NCBI RefSeq assembly: GCF_009834535.1
Contig: NC_045698.1
Span: 12,340,001-12,404,000, forward strand
Direction of reading: 5' to 3'
Source: Camelus ferus
Lineage: Eukaryota
Length of the DNA stretch: 64,000 nucleotides
Shown: piece by piece, positions 26,446 to 39,199 of the stretch
How the letters are laid out: every line of letters starts with the position of its first letter
Position numbering within the stretch: position 1 is the first letter of the stretch
Made by a program: the position numbers and the translations under genes
Notes under the pieces: generated by a model
The model's input: the letters and a program-made list of their open reading frames with translations, nothing else
Database searches by the model: none
What the model was told of the DNA's origin: nothing

Positions 26446-26576
26446 CTGGTTTGGAGATATTTCTCAACTTTATCTTTCAACCCATCTCCTGAGTATTTCC
26501 CCCCCAATCATCTTTTTTATTTCCAACATCTATTTTTCTTTCTCTAATGACTCCATCTTTTTTAATGGATTAATAG

Positions 26577-27065
26577 TGTTATCAAGTCCAAGCTTGTACC
26601 GGTTGCTGCAGGACAAGCTGATAAATCGACAGATGAGTTGTTGCGACTTGATTTGGAAAGCCAGCAGACTGAGAAGATGGTGGACTGGAGTCCTAAAGAA
26701 CCACTTTACTTGGGTTAGAATTCAGGTTTCTTTTACGCTAAAAGGGGAGGAGGTATGGCTGGTTGTTGCAAACTTCGTGGTGCCAGAATCCTTTGTTCTT
26801 GCAGCTGTCCATGTAAGTCTGGTCACAATGGTCCTATAAGCCTCCAACAAGGCAAATGTTATTCTCTGTTCTGCAGCTTTTTATCTCTACATGAATGAGA
26901 AGATGTTATACCTTTAAACTTCAAAGTCTTGAGAACGGGCTATCGTGTATATTTCGGGCTGTAGGTTCTTTTACAGGGGTGCAGAGCCAGCAGGACTGAG
27001 CACAGGCCACGGCGCACAAGGGTTAGAGATCTAATATGGCATCAGGTTTGTTCTTCTCTGTTACA
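26577..27065 (-). mobile_element. ERV1-type solo LTR, family copy C
   Basis: TG...CA termini, 4-bp flanks ATAG/AAAG, reverse-complement homologue of 33716-34216 and 36828-37336. Confidence 0.9.
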
Positions 27066-29494
27066 AAAGCTTCTCTTCTCTTCCTAAGGATATTAACTGC
27101 AGTTGACAAAATTCATTCTGTTCTCAGGATTGCCTCTGTTTCTTCTTTGGTTTTTGTTTGTTTGTTTGTTTGTTGATATTGGCTTTTGTCTTTTGTCTTG
27201 GAGGCTTTCTTCAAATATCTGATGACCTTTGGTTATTTAAATATGTCCAATTGTGAGGCACAATGATTTAGAAATTATTAAAGCGCCTAAATAAAACAGG
27301 ATGTAAATAATTTCCTGTGCTAACCTACTGATCTTAGGTTAGGTTAGTAGGTTGTACTTGGTTGTACATTGATTGTACTTATGAAAAGAAACAATGATAT
27401 TTTTATTCATGAGATGTTCATCTATTGGTGACCAAAAGATATTTTCTAAGTTGTAATTTAGAACTAAGGACAGAGGCTTATTTTTAAGATGCAAAATACC
27501 CTGGAGATTATAATGCTTACTATTTTTACACACTAAATAGCTAGCTAGGTGAAGACAGAGGGAGGCACCAAGCAAGCTGATTGGCAGCTGTGTGTCCTGG
27601 AGTAGGACTCATTGACTGTGGTGGGCATCTTCAAGGTGGAGAAGGTGGAGAATTTTCATTGGCCGTCCCCCAGAGGAGAGCCACCACCTTATGGTGACAA
27701 ATGCATTTTACCCAATGAGCCAGTAAACACACACAAGTACCAATTTCCCTACCCAAGTTTCATGAAAAAAATTATTTAGATTTACTGAGTGCAAAAATAC
27801 TCTGAAGTTTTCCATTTTAAAAAGGTCATGACTCACTAAATTGAATCCACAGTCCATTAATGATTCAAGACCAAAACTTGAAAAAATTTAGTTTTGAAGG
27901 CCTCTGTGAATTGGCCTGTGTCTCTTCATCTTGTTGTTTTTTTTTTTAAACCACTCCCTGTCAAATAGCCTTGTCATATCCAAGCTGCTTAAAATTCCCG
28001 AAAGAGCTGTGATTTCCCTTGCTTCCATATTTCGCACATGATCTTCCTTTGCCTGATAAGTCCTCCTCATTTCTTTGCTGGCTAACTTTTTCATGTTCCC
28101 AACATTCAGCACAGGCATTATTCATCTTGGAAGTCTTTCTTGATCTTTTCTTCTTTCCTATATCCCACCTATCCCTGAGCAAAGGGAGTTTTAGCTTATT
28201 CCTTCGTTTTTCCTTGTTTCCATAGCAATGAATACATATGCTATTATCATATCATATAATACACATATACATACTCATACAGGCTAATACATTGATTTTT
28301 ATATCTGTGTCTCTTCTGAGGCTATATATTCAGGCCAGGGTCTGAGTTTTATACTTTGTCCTTCTTTATTCTTGGGCTTCTGATCAGACAGGGACTCAGA
28401 TGAGATTTAGAGGCTGGTGTATACCTTCTACCTTCATGGACAAGACTTCTGATATGCTTTGTTGGGGCATGCAAGGTGGGCAAGCTCCACCTTGACTTAA
28501 GAAATTATTCAGCAAGCCCTACTATCCCTACCCTACATCTGCATAAACACAGTCCCCTGAGTCTGGACCTTAGATCCATCTGGAGCAATGCTGATTCCAC
28601 AGCAGTCAGTAGCTGCCTCACATCACACTCTGTACAGGAGAGAGTGAGCTGTGCGCATGGACTTCCAGGTCTGTTTCCAGAAACACGGCCTGCAGTCCTG
28701 CTGCTCTGAGCCAGGTGTCCCCCAGCGTGGGAACAGGCCTGGAGAGAGGACTCTGAACTTCATCTGGATAAAGCACAAGAAAGAGACAGAGAAAGGGCAT
28801 AGAGGCATTTCTCCATGCTGTTCATCCTGGGTGTTTATCACAACTCTCCTTCCCCTTTAGAGACCTGAGACTCGGGGTATTCAGTATCTCATTCTTCTAT
28901 CTGTTCCTTAGCATTTAGTGAAATAGCCATTGGGGTGAGCTGGAAATTCAGCATTTATGATTGGAAGCAGAGGTATGGATAATAACGATGGGGTCAAAGA
29001 CTAGAATTCATCATGACAGAACTACTATACTTGGGTCAAGAGAAGGGGGAAGAAAAGAAGACAAAGAAAACTAGAGTATGGTATCTTGGTGACTGGTGGA
29101 TTCGAGTGGTTGCCGGTCTCACTCAGTATCTTAACTGGAATGGAGATGAAAACTTCTTTAATAAAGAAGAAATTGAGCAATTGTGAGACCTATGTATTAG
29201 GAATATCTGTAGCATAAGTATTAATATTGGAAAAGATGATGGTAGAGGATTGAATGAACAGTGAGATAAGTCATGCTGAAATAATTTGAGGGAACAACAG
29301 AATGTTCTGGAAGCTCACAGATGACTAGATAGGAAGGACAGAGTATGTTAAAGATAAGTACTCCTTTATTATATATATATATTTATTTAGTATTACTTTT
29401 GTAGTTAATAAATGGCTTTGTTGTTGTTATTCTGAAATAAAAGCTTATTCATTAGGGACAGCAATGCATTTTGGCTGAAAATAGGAGTCATGTT

Positions 29495-29918
29495 TTAGAA
29501 AGGATAATGCTAGCTTCCATAACAAACCCAAAGATGTGCAGTAGCAACCATGACGTATTTATTTCCTGATTGGTGGATGGCTGTCCTCCAAAGATAATTC
29601 AGGGATCTAGATTCCTTACATCTTGTGACTCTGCTTTCTTTATCATGTGGCTTCCAAGGTCTGTCTGTTTAGTTCCATCAGGCTTGCAGACTGGAAAGGA
29701 GCAGGAGGAGACGGTGCACTGCTTCTTACCAACTAGAGCAGGAAGAGACATGTATTATTTCTGCCCACACTCCATTGGTGAGCACTGGTTGTACAGCTTC
29801 ACCTAGATTCAAGGGAGGTGGGGAATCTAGTCCCTGGAGGCCAACTACTGCCCAGTGACAAAGTTACACAATGAGGGGAAGCCCCGGTTTGGGCGGATAA
29901 TTAGCCATCTTTCCAAAG
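29495..29918 (-). mobile_element. MLT1J-like MaLR LTR
   Basis: ATAATGCTAGCTTCCATAACAAACCC...TTCTGCCCACACTCCATTGGTGAG...CAAGGGAGGTGGGGAATCTAGTC. Confidence 0.7.
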
Positions 29919-31634
29919 ATGGATATTTGAGGTCGTATGTATGTACCCATAATTTGTCAAAAAAACTTTCAATAATTATTAAATTACATTAATACTTAAT
30001 GAATTATAATTAAGTAAAATTAAGTAAAGTATAATTAAGTAAAATTAAATAAAATAATTAAAATTTTCAACAATTGTTGATTGATCAAGCAACAAAAATA
30101 ATTAGTAAAGATATAAAGAATTGAGAACCCAATTAACAAGCTTGATTTAAGGGAGATGAATAGACCCTATGGGTACAGAAAGAACTAGAAACCACCCATC
30201 CCTAATCACTCAGAGAAGAGTTACAAGCAGTGTTCATTTTCTAGGTCAAAAAGCAAATTTTAATACATTTTGCAACACTGGTATCATACCACCCACATTC
30301 TCTGATTTTAAAGATAAGCATTACACCTTGGGCTCTGCTCTGCTCATTCAAACAGGAGGGTTCTCACTCGAAAACAAAGCTCCAATAATCCTGTTGCCAA
30401 CTGCCGGAAACACAGGTTGCCATCTTTGCAAATAAAATGCTTTTAAAAGCAGCATTTTTTCATATTCCAGAGATAACTTGCACATAGCGGTTATTGACAT
30501 ACTTATATTTTGCTCACAGGTTTTAAACATCACCTGCCCCTTCTCTTGCTTCGTCTTACCCTTTGAACTTGCAGGCCTAAAGCATTTTTCACTTAACCCT
30601 TGTGATGGTTTTTGATGACTTCGAAATTGAATGTTGCTTATGAGGTCATTGGATTTGTAAACTTTGTCCTAGTTAGATTTAGGCAGCAAATTGTGGGACG
30701 TAAGTGGAGCTTTGGGAACATTTAAAATAAATGTCAAGTTTATTACTGTTCCATTAACTCTTACCAGAAATGACAATGTTTATTCATTTCAGTATAAGGC
30801 CAGAAGTTATTTTCTTTTATATTGAGTAAATAGCATCCCTCATTCAACTGTGAAATATGACAAAGAAGGAAAGCGCTTAGCTAAAAGAAAACCGTGAGGA
30901 GTTACAGTTATTTCGTAGCTAGAAATGTCCCCCATGTTATTTATTTTCTAACATAAATTCCTCAGTGTGCACAAACCTCTTAGCAAACCCTGAGCCCCAA
31001 TCCCTAATGCATAGATCCTCAAAGGAAAGAGTGAAAAAAACAGCATCCTGTCATGAGAATCTTGACTTCAGGTGGAGTGAGGAAGGACTGTGAATGACTA
31101 CACTTCTGTGCGAGGGAGAAGGATATCAAGGATAACGTCCCCCTCTGTTTTATGCGTGAAGATTATGAGACCTAGGGAGATGGAGGGGCCCCTGGATACT
31201 TCAGTTCGGACACTGGCAACAAAAAGAAAAGGAAGAGAATTGTCTTCACACTAGACTACACCCTTTGGATGTAACAAACACACACCAGAGGGCGAAGGAA
31301 GACAGCTGGCAACATGACAGGGAAGAGCCTGGAAGAGGATTACACAGATGTGCTCACAGACACAGTTTCCCTGTGTCCTTATTTCAGGAAATATGGGTAT
31401 GCACAATCATTCACTTACGCATTCATATCATTCAACAAATATTATTAAGCTCCTACTATGCGCTACACCTGTAAATACCTGTCTTCAGGGAGTTTATCTT
31501 CTAATGGGACCATTCTTCCCCATTTTCAGTGCTTCCCGTGATAAATTTACAGAAACCTGCAACTGAGATGGGGTACTTAATAAGATCCACCCAAAAAGTA
31601 CAGATTGATTACTTTTAAAAGTCACCTGTCCCAC

Positions 31635-32010
31635 TACACATCCACCACAGGGACTAAAATTTAAAATATGGGCAATACTAGAGGTTGGAGTAAGAATATG
31701 GAGCAACCAGAACTCACGTACATTATTGAAGGAATGTAAAATGGTACAAGCACTTTGGGAGAAGATCTGACAGTTTCTTGCACACCAAGCCCACATCTAC
31801 CTTAGAAACCGTAATTCCAAGCCTAGATATTAACCCAGGAGAAATGAAAATATATGTATATAAAAATTTATAGAAGTATATTCACAGAATATCTATTCAT
31901 AATAACTGAAAACTTGAGGGAGTCTAGGCATTCATCCACAGGAGGATAAACAAGCTGTGATGTAGTCATGCAGTGGATACTACTCAGCAATGAAAAAAAA
32001 AAAAAACGAC
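31635..32010 (+). mobile_element. Old L1ME-type 3' fragment
   Basis: GGAGCAACCAGAACTC...GGAATGTAAAATGGTACAAGCACTTTGG...ACCCAGGAGAAATGAAAATATATGT...TACTACTCAGCAATGAAAA. Confidence 0.8.
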
Positions 32011-33715
32011 TTCAGTACTAAATATCATCTAAGACGATAATCAATGAGGAAGATAAATGAAGGATAATTACTTTCAGGGGAAACTTTTTAAAAAATAAAC
32101 ATGTCATCAAGAAAAGACACATCAAGAAGGAGAAGACTTCCAGACTGGTCCTGGGCTGGGGTCCACTAGTTAGTTGTTGATCTGAAGCAGGTCTCTTGCT
32201 TGGTGTCCCGGTCCCTATTGATCGGCTGGGCTCCAACTTTGGGACCTTGGTATTGAATGCTGCAGAAATTATAAAACTTCAGTTTGGACAAATGAGGCCA
32301 ATAGTGCATGCTAGCTGACTCCTGAGAGCATTGCCAAAACGGTAAGAAGACATGATTCAGATGATGGATGGCTCAGGACGAGGGCGAACTCTGGAGAGCT
32401 GATGTTGGTTTACTTGTTTCCACTTCAGCCAAGAGAACAGGCTTTGCAAGGATTCTAACTTCACCCTTTCCCAGACAAGACTATTCTACCTTTAGTTCCA
32501 TTTTTAAAGGTCCTTCTGATGAACTTTTCTTATGCTTAAAGGCATTGACAGGGCTGTGGTATTTTTGAACATTTGTGCTGCATCAAAAGTATGGTAATTT
32601 ATCAATTAGGCTGAATGGGAGAAAAAGGAAGAATTTGAAGAGCTTGCAGGGAGCCTGTAGTGTCAATTTTGGATCCAATTAGATCTGATCCTTCAAGACT
32701 GGGAGCCGAATTGAGTAAATGTAATTGAAGCTTAAAAATATAAAACTATTTTCTGTCTCAACTTCCAATCACAGTCAATGAAGTCATGTCTTCCTTCACC
32801 TTCCTCCTTACCTCCTGCCAAGCCAGCCTGTCTTTCTCAGCCATTTGGTGCTATTACTTTCCCTTCCTCGGTCTTTGATTCCAAAAGCATCCTTATTTGT
32901 CTGGAGTACATGGTAACACCTAAAAGGAATAGAGTGATCAAAAAGTTCCCTCCTCATCCTAACTTATGGAGGCTAGGAATTTGAGAAAGAAAAGTGAAAA
33001 GGAAATGGGCCAAGATTAGAGCCAGTTGCTGTGGGAATAGTTCTCATAAATATTGGGTTAATGATAACTTTAAGGAGTTTATAGGACCTCTCTTCCAGTG
33101 TGATTGAGACAGCCACATGAGAGCAAAGGCTGTTCATTTAGTTGGAGAAGCAGATTAAGGCAAGGAATCACTTTAAAAAGTGATGCAATTTCTTCGATTT
33201 AAAACATAACCAGCTACAATCTTGCCAGTTTTTGATGGAGGGCTGAAGAGTTGTTTGTTTTTGAGTTTGGGTCTACTGATTGAGTACAGTGTCATCTTTC
33301 TTGGGTAAATAATATTCCCTGATATACTATCTATGAGTTCTAACTTCAGTTTCCAGATAGTGGAGGGAGAATTTAAGGATGTCTGTGAGACAATCAAAGC
33401 ACATAATCCTAGATTTGGAGGGTGCCCCTCCCCCACCCACTATCAGTCATTTATGCTTATTTCACCCATATTTGCTTTGACAACAATTGTTATTTTCTCA
33501 CTTTTATTTTATCTTTGCACAGTATTCAACTGTGTTTTCATACAGAAAGTAATCTTTCTTTTCACATTCACATTTTGTTGGTTTTCATAGTAGTTATCTG
33601 ATTCGATTAAAATCTTTGTTAACAAGTTCAATTCTGATAAAAAAGACTTGGGAACAAACATAGTTAATGTTGATACACACAGCTAGCTGGTTGCATCTGA
33701 AAGTTGTGGCTGTGC

Positions 33716-34216
33716 TGTAGTGGGGAAGGACAAATCCGACTCCGTATTAGCTCTGTTCCTTTGGCTTTAACCCTGTGCTCTGTCTCCAGTGCTTAGTCAT
33801 GCTGGTTCGGCACCTTTTATAAAAGAATATTACCTGTAGCCTAGAATATATAGGATAGTCCATTCTCAAGGCTCTGACCTTTCAGGGTATAACACTTTCC
33901 CGTTAGTATAAAGATAAAAATGTTGCAGAATAGAAAGTAACGTTTGTTTTGTTGGGGGTTTACAGGGACATCATGACCTGACCTACGTGAACAGCTGTGA
34001 AAACAAAGGATTCTGACACCAAGAAGCTTGCAACGACCAACCACACCCTCTCTCCTTTTAGTATTCTGACTGGGGAAGATGGTTCTCTAGGACATTAGTC
34101 CCCATCCTCTGTCTGTTGGCTTTTCAAATAAAGTTGTTATTCCTTGCCCCAACACCTCGTCTCTTGATTTACTGGGCTGTTGTGCAGCAAGCAGAATGAG
34201 TTTGGACTCAGCAACA
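33716..34216 (+). mobile_element. ERV1-type solo LTR, family copy A
   Basis: TGTAG...GCAACA termini, flanks GTGC/GTAC, AATAAA present, TATA region deleted relative to copy B. Confidence 0.9.
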
Positions 34217-35237
34217 GTACCAGAGGGGAGCCGGCTAGTTCCGAGCTTTCAGCATTTTGTGGGTCCTAGTCACTGCTTCACATATGGGTTTGAGAGTGTT
34301 GGTTAACCCAGTGAGTTGGTTAACCCAATGAGTTGGTTAAGTGGAGGTCCACAGGAAAATTCTACTCTACTATATGGGCTTTCAGAGCTGACTGTCGTTC
34401 CAGACGTGAAAAGTGGAGGCACTGGACTATCATTACAACATAGAGATGGCTGGTTTATATGACTTGAGGTACTCTGGTAAAAATGCCTTAGGTGCCATAT
34501 TTCTACCTCAATGATATAAATAAACTGCATGAAATTCCACTATTGAGTTCATGTGATTTCAGACTGAGCATTGCCTTCTACAGGCATTCTCTTTGAAACT
34601 AATGTATATTTTTAACTGTTAGCACCTAGCTTTTTCATTAATGTCTTCTTTGAATTAGTTTATTGAATCAGTTTCACTGCCAGGAAGGACCTTGGGAAGA
34701 GTAAAGGCATCAAGGAAAAGAAGGAGTACAGAAAAAGTATTTTCTAAAGACAATCCTATTCTCTACTCCATGAACCTACCAAAAGCTGAACCTGAATGGG
34801 ACCAGTTTAGTGAAAAATTAGAGCATCTGAGAAGTTTTGAGCATCTACCATTTTCCAGCTCCATGCTAGCTTCTGGGAATACAATGTGGGTGCTGAGTGG
34901 TAAACTCTGTGATAAATATTTTTTAGCACACTACTGGCCCAGAGTTTTAGGATAGGCATACATGTAACTATCATAAGTTTTATAGCAGAGGAACTTACAC
35001 AGTGTTTGACAGAAGTAAGAATGGAGCAACTAATTTTGGTAGACAGACTTGTGAAAGGCATCCAGGAGGAGTTCAAACTTGATCTGGGTCTTGGAGGTGG
35101 AGTATGAGTTTGTCAGACCAGGAAGATGGGGAAGGGCACCCCAGGCAGAAGGAGAGACATGGAGCATGGACCAACCAGCTAACTGACGTGTCATGTTTGA
35201 GCAATTGTCTGGTTATAGGATGAGCAGGGCATGAAGT

Positions 35238-35855
35238 TGTATTAGGCATGGTTCTCCAGAGAGACAGAACACGTAGGATGTATATCTGTATCTATATCTA
35301 TATCTATATGTTTATCTATCTACTATCTATCTATATATAGAGACAAGACACCAATCTTACAAGGTGTCTTATATATGTTATATCCTAAATACCTTATATA
35401 TCTTACAAGAAATTAGCTCATGCAATTATGGAGGCTTAGAAGTCCCAAAGCCTTCAGCAGGTAAGCAGAAGACCCCAGAGAGCCAATGATGTAGTCCTAG
35501 TTTGAGTCCGAAGACCTGAAAACGAGGAGAGCTGATGTTGTAGGTCCAGTCCAAGTGCTGGCAATCTCAAGAGCCAATGTTTCAGTTCTAATCCAAAGGC
35601 AGGAGAAAACTGATGTCCCAGCTCAAAGACTGAGGCGAGAGCAATTCCCTCTTATTCGGGGTACATTTCATTCTACTCAGGCCTTCAGTGAATGGGATGA
35701 GGCCCACTCACATTAAGGAGGTTTTGTAAGTTTGCTGATTTAAATGTTAAACTCTTTCCAAAAACACCCTCACAGAAATACTCAAAACAATGTTTGACCA
35801 ACCATATGAGCACCCCATTGCCCAATCAAATTGACACATAAAATTGGCCATCACA
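35238..35855 (-). mobile_element. MLT2B-like ERVL solo LTR with internal TA/TCTA-rich repeat
   Basis: TGTATTAG..GGTTCTCCAGAGAGACAGAAC start; TTGACACATAAAATTGGCCATCACA end. Confidence 0.9.
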
Positions 35856-36827
35856 CAGGTCACATGGTTCAAAGTGGAATCTTTGTTTTCTTCTCTTGAT
35901 AGAACTTAGAATGTGAGACAGCTGTCTCCAACCTGGATGTACTCAGTGCCATTTGGACAGGAAGTCTATAAATGCCTGTTAGCTGCTGTCAACCAAAACC
36001 GTGTAGGTCGGTGAGATGCCTCAAGTGGCCATGACTTTCACTGAGAATTCAAAAATGTTTCGTAAAATGTGATCTTTGGGGGCTTAGTGTCAACCTATAC
36101 CACCTGGTAATATTTGTAGAACTAAATTTGTAGAACTAAAATTATGCTGGAACAAAGCACTGACAATCTGGGGGGCTATTTTCATATCTTAAGTGTTGAT
36201 TTGTTGAGCTGCTCTTGGAATCCTACACCCACCCCTTCCCACAAATATCTATGCCTTTTTGCTAAATATTGCACAACCAGCTAAATTAAAATATTTCCTC
36301 ACTCTGGCCTGTGATCAGCTTGAGCTTTTGGAATTTAATAATGGACAGTGGTTTATTTAGTTGAAAACATAAGGCAGCTGCAAGTTCATTCTATATCGCA
36401 GAATGAATAATAGCCAAATTCCTCATTCAGGCTGTGTCCTTTGAGCTGTAGGCGTTTAGTGATGATTAGGATGATGGCAATTATAATAATGGCCAACCTG
36501 TATCAATTATTGATTGAACCAAGTTGTTTTATGTTAATTACATTTTTGTCCTCATTTTGTGGAAAGGTAAACTGAGACTTAATGGATTGTAAACCTTGTT
36601 TAAGTTACACATCTAGTTTGCTGCTAAGATGCTGGTCTATTTTTAGTTACTTTTATTAATGTTGACAGTGAACCTGAATGATTTCTAACTCCAGCTGGAT
36701 TTCTTTATAACTACGTTATCCATTGTACCTATATGGACTGAATTAATCAACTACTACTTGGCTAAATTTCAAAATAACTTCTCTGTGTAGGAAAGAGGAG
36801 GGCCATTTCTTGAGGAGTCTGTGGATC

Positions 36828-37336
36828 TGTAATAGAAAAGAACAATTCTGACTTCACATTAGATCTGTTCCTTTGGCTTCAACCCTGTGCTCTGTTTCCT
36901 AGTGCTTTGCCTTACTGGCTCTGCTTCTTCTGTGAAAGAATGTTGCCTATAGCCTGAAATATACAGGAGAGCCTTTCTCAAGGCTCTGACCTTTAAGGGT
37001 ATTAACACTTTTACATTCATATAAAGATAAGTTGCAGAATAGAAAATAATATTTGTTGGAGTTTTACAGAGACACTGTGACCTGACCCACGTGGACAGCT
37101 GCAAGAACAAAGGATTCCGACACCAAGAAATTTGCAACAACCGCACCCCCTCCCCTTTTTAGTATAAAAGGAGCCTGAATTCTGACTTGGGGAAGACGGT
37201 TCTCCAGGACATTAGTCTGCCATCTTCTTGGCCCACGAGCTTTTCAAATAAAGTCGTTATTCCTTGCACCAACACCTGGTCTCCCGATTTACTGGCCTGT
37301 CATGTGGCGAGCAGAATGATTTTGGACTCGGTAACA
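36828..37336 (+). mobile_element. ERV1-type solo LTR, family copy B (best preserved)
   Basis: TGTAA...GTAACA termini, perfect 4-bp TSD GATC, TATAAAA at 37163-37169, AATAAA at 37247-37252. Confidence 0.93.
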
Positions 37337-38044
37337 GATCAATTATGAATGGAGATGATTTTTGGAAGGGTAAGGAGCTGGATTGTTCATTTAGCATATT
37401 ATTTCTACATTTCTGTGTGGAAAAAATAAGTAATTCTTCAAAGGGTAGAGAAACAGGTAAATATAGAGAAAGGGGCAGAGGTCCACTCGTCTTTGTTTTG
37501 TCAGGACACGTGCTGGTGGTACCCACGGAGCTTCAGTTTGCTTTGAGTCATTCACATGTCCTTCATCTGGTTATAGCCCTGGGAGTTGGACCAAGTGAAA
37601 AATCTCCCATCACTAGCTAAGGTGATCATTTGGTCATATTGAGATGAGACAAGCTCAGAGACAGCGGAGGGAAAAATCACCTTGAAGGAAGCCTGGGGGT
37701 CATAACATCCTGCAGGTGTGCTCCACAGTGCATCCAAGCCCTGGGGCCTCCCAGATGCACAGCATGTGCTGAGGTCATGAAGGTCTCCTGTCAGTCACCT
37801 GTGGCTATTTATAGCCATCCACAAAACCTTTTTTTAAGGAAGAAGAAAATAAAACACACTGGACTGACCTAGGAGAAACAAATATTCCTGTTGAATGTGA
37901 TGATTTTATTTTTGTATGTGTTCAGCATAAACTATTTCAGCTTCAGAAGGAAAAATAATGTTATTCCTTGAACACCATTAGGAGGAAGGAGTAAATTGGA
38001 ATCTGTAGACTAAAGCTTACACAACTGCCAAGTCCTAAGAATTG

Positions 38045-38430
38045 GTTCATTTATTCATGGATTCATTCACTCATATTTGCAACCAGTAATTATTAAGCAA
38101 ATATAAATGCCAGACACCCTGCTCACGGCTGGGGAGACCATTCAGAAGATTTCATCTCTTCCCTCATGAAGCTTATAGTAGAGGAGGGGAAAGGGAGAGT
38201 AAACAAATTTGTTTACAACAGTCAACAAATAATTTTGTTTATACTTCTCTAGAAGGAACACGACAAGATATTACAGTGCCATAGCAACCTTATGTAGGCT
38301 AGAGCGTCTGGAAGAGCCTTCCCAGGAAGTTACATGTAAACTGAGGTCTGAAAAGTGAGTTGAAATTAGATAGGAAAAGGACCAGTAGGAAGAGGGATGG
38401 GTGAAGCTGTCCAGCTGGAAGGAACAGCGT
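38045..38430 (-). mobile_element. LINE-2 3' fragment
   Basis: (CATT)n-like tail, TTATTAAGCA..TATAAATGCCAGACAC, CCCTCATGAAGCTTATAGT, CTGAGGTCTGAAAAGTGAGT. Confidence 0.75.
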
Positions 38431-38863
38431 GGTACCTAATTTTCCTGGAATTGGTTGGAAGTGAATTTTAGTAGCTCACCTCTGTGACTCCTTACGAAGT
38501 GCCAAGGTGTGTGCTCAGAGCTTTGTGAATGTTGTCACACTTCATCCTTTATTGTCCTTCTGGGAGATGAATATTATTACTCTCAGTTGAAGAAATAAGA
38601 GACCCAGAGAAATTAAATGACAGTAACTGGAAGAATTGGAACAAAGGTTTAAGTCCACCTGGTACTTATCACGTTTAGAAGGGAGAAAGAGAGAGGCAAG
38701 AAGGAGTAGGAGGTGGTGGGAATCCTTAATCTCAAGCCGCATTAGCGCTCTTTTCTCAGGCTCCATTCCTGGACTCAGTCCAGCCACACGTGCGGTCCAT
38801 CTGTCCTGAGTCTGGGACTCCAGTAGCTGGTGTTAAATAGACTTCTGTGCTTCTCTAAAGCAC

Positions 38864-39199
38864 TGTCTTAGTCAATTTGAGCCACCATAACAGAATACTA
38901 TGGATTGGGTGTCTTAAACACAGAAGTTTATTTCTCACAATTCTGAAGTCTGGGAAGTCCAAAGTCAGGGTGCCAGTATGATTGGGTCTGGTTTGCAGAT
39001 GGCTGTCCTCTTGCTGTGTCCTCACGTGGTGGAGGGCAGAGAGAAAAGTAAGCTCTTGTGTTGCTCGTTATAGAAAGCATTCATCTCATCATGAAGGCTC
39101 TACCCTCAAGTTCTAATTAATCCCCAAAGGCCCCTTCCCCAGATGCCATCCCAATGGGGAGTAGAGTTTCAAGGAAACCCAAACATTCAGTCCAGAACA
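38864..39199 (-). mobile_element. MLT1A-like MaLR LTR
   Basis: TGTCTTAGTC...CCATAACAGAATAC...TTTATTTCTCACAATTCTGAAG...AAACATTCAGTCCAGAACA. Confidence 0.85.

Noticed and set aside
33716..37336. Two same-orientation LTRs as the ends of one provirus
   Set aside because: Each LTR has its own 4-bp TSD, the outer flanks differ (GTGC vs GATC), I see no PBS, PPT or gag/pol, and the interior holds older L2, MLT2 and MIR-like fossils.
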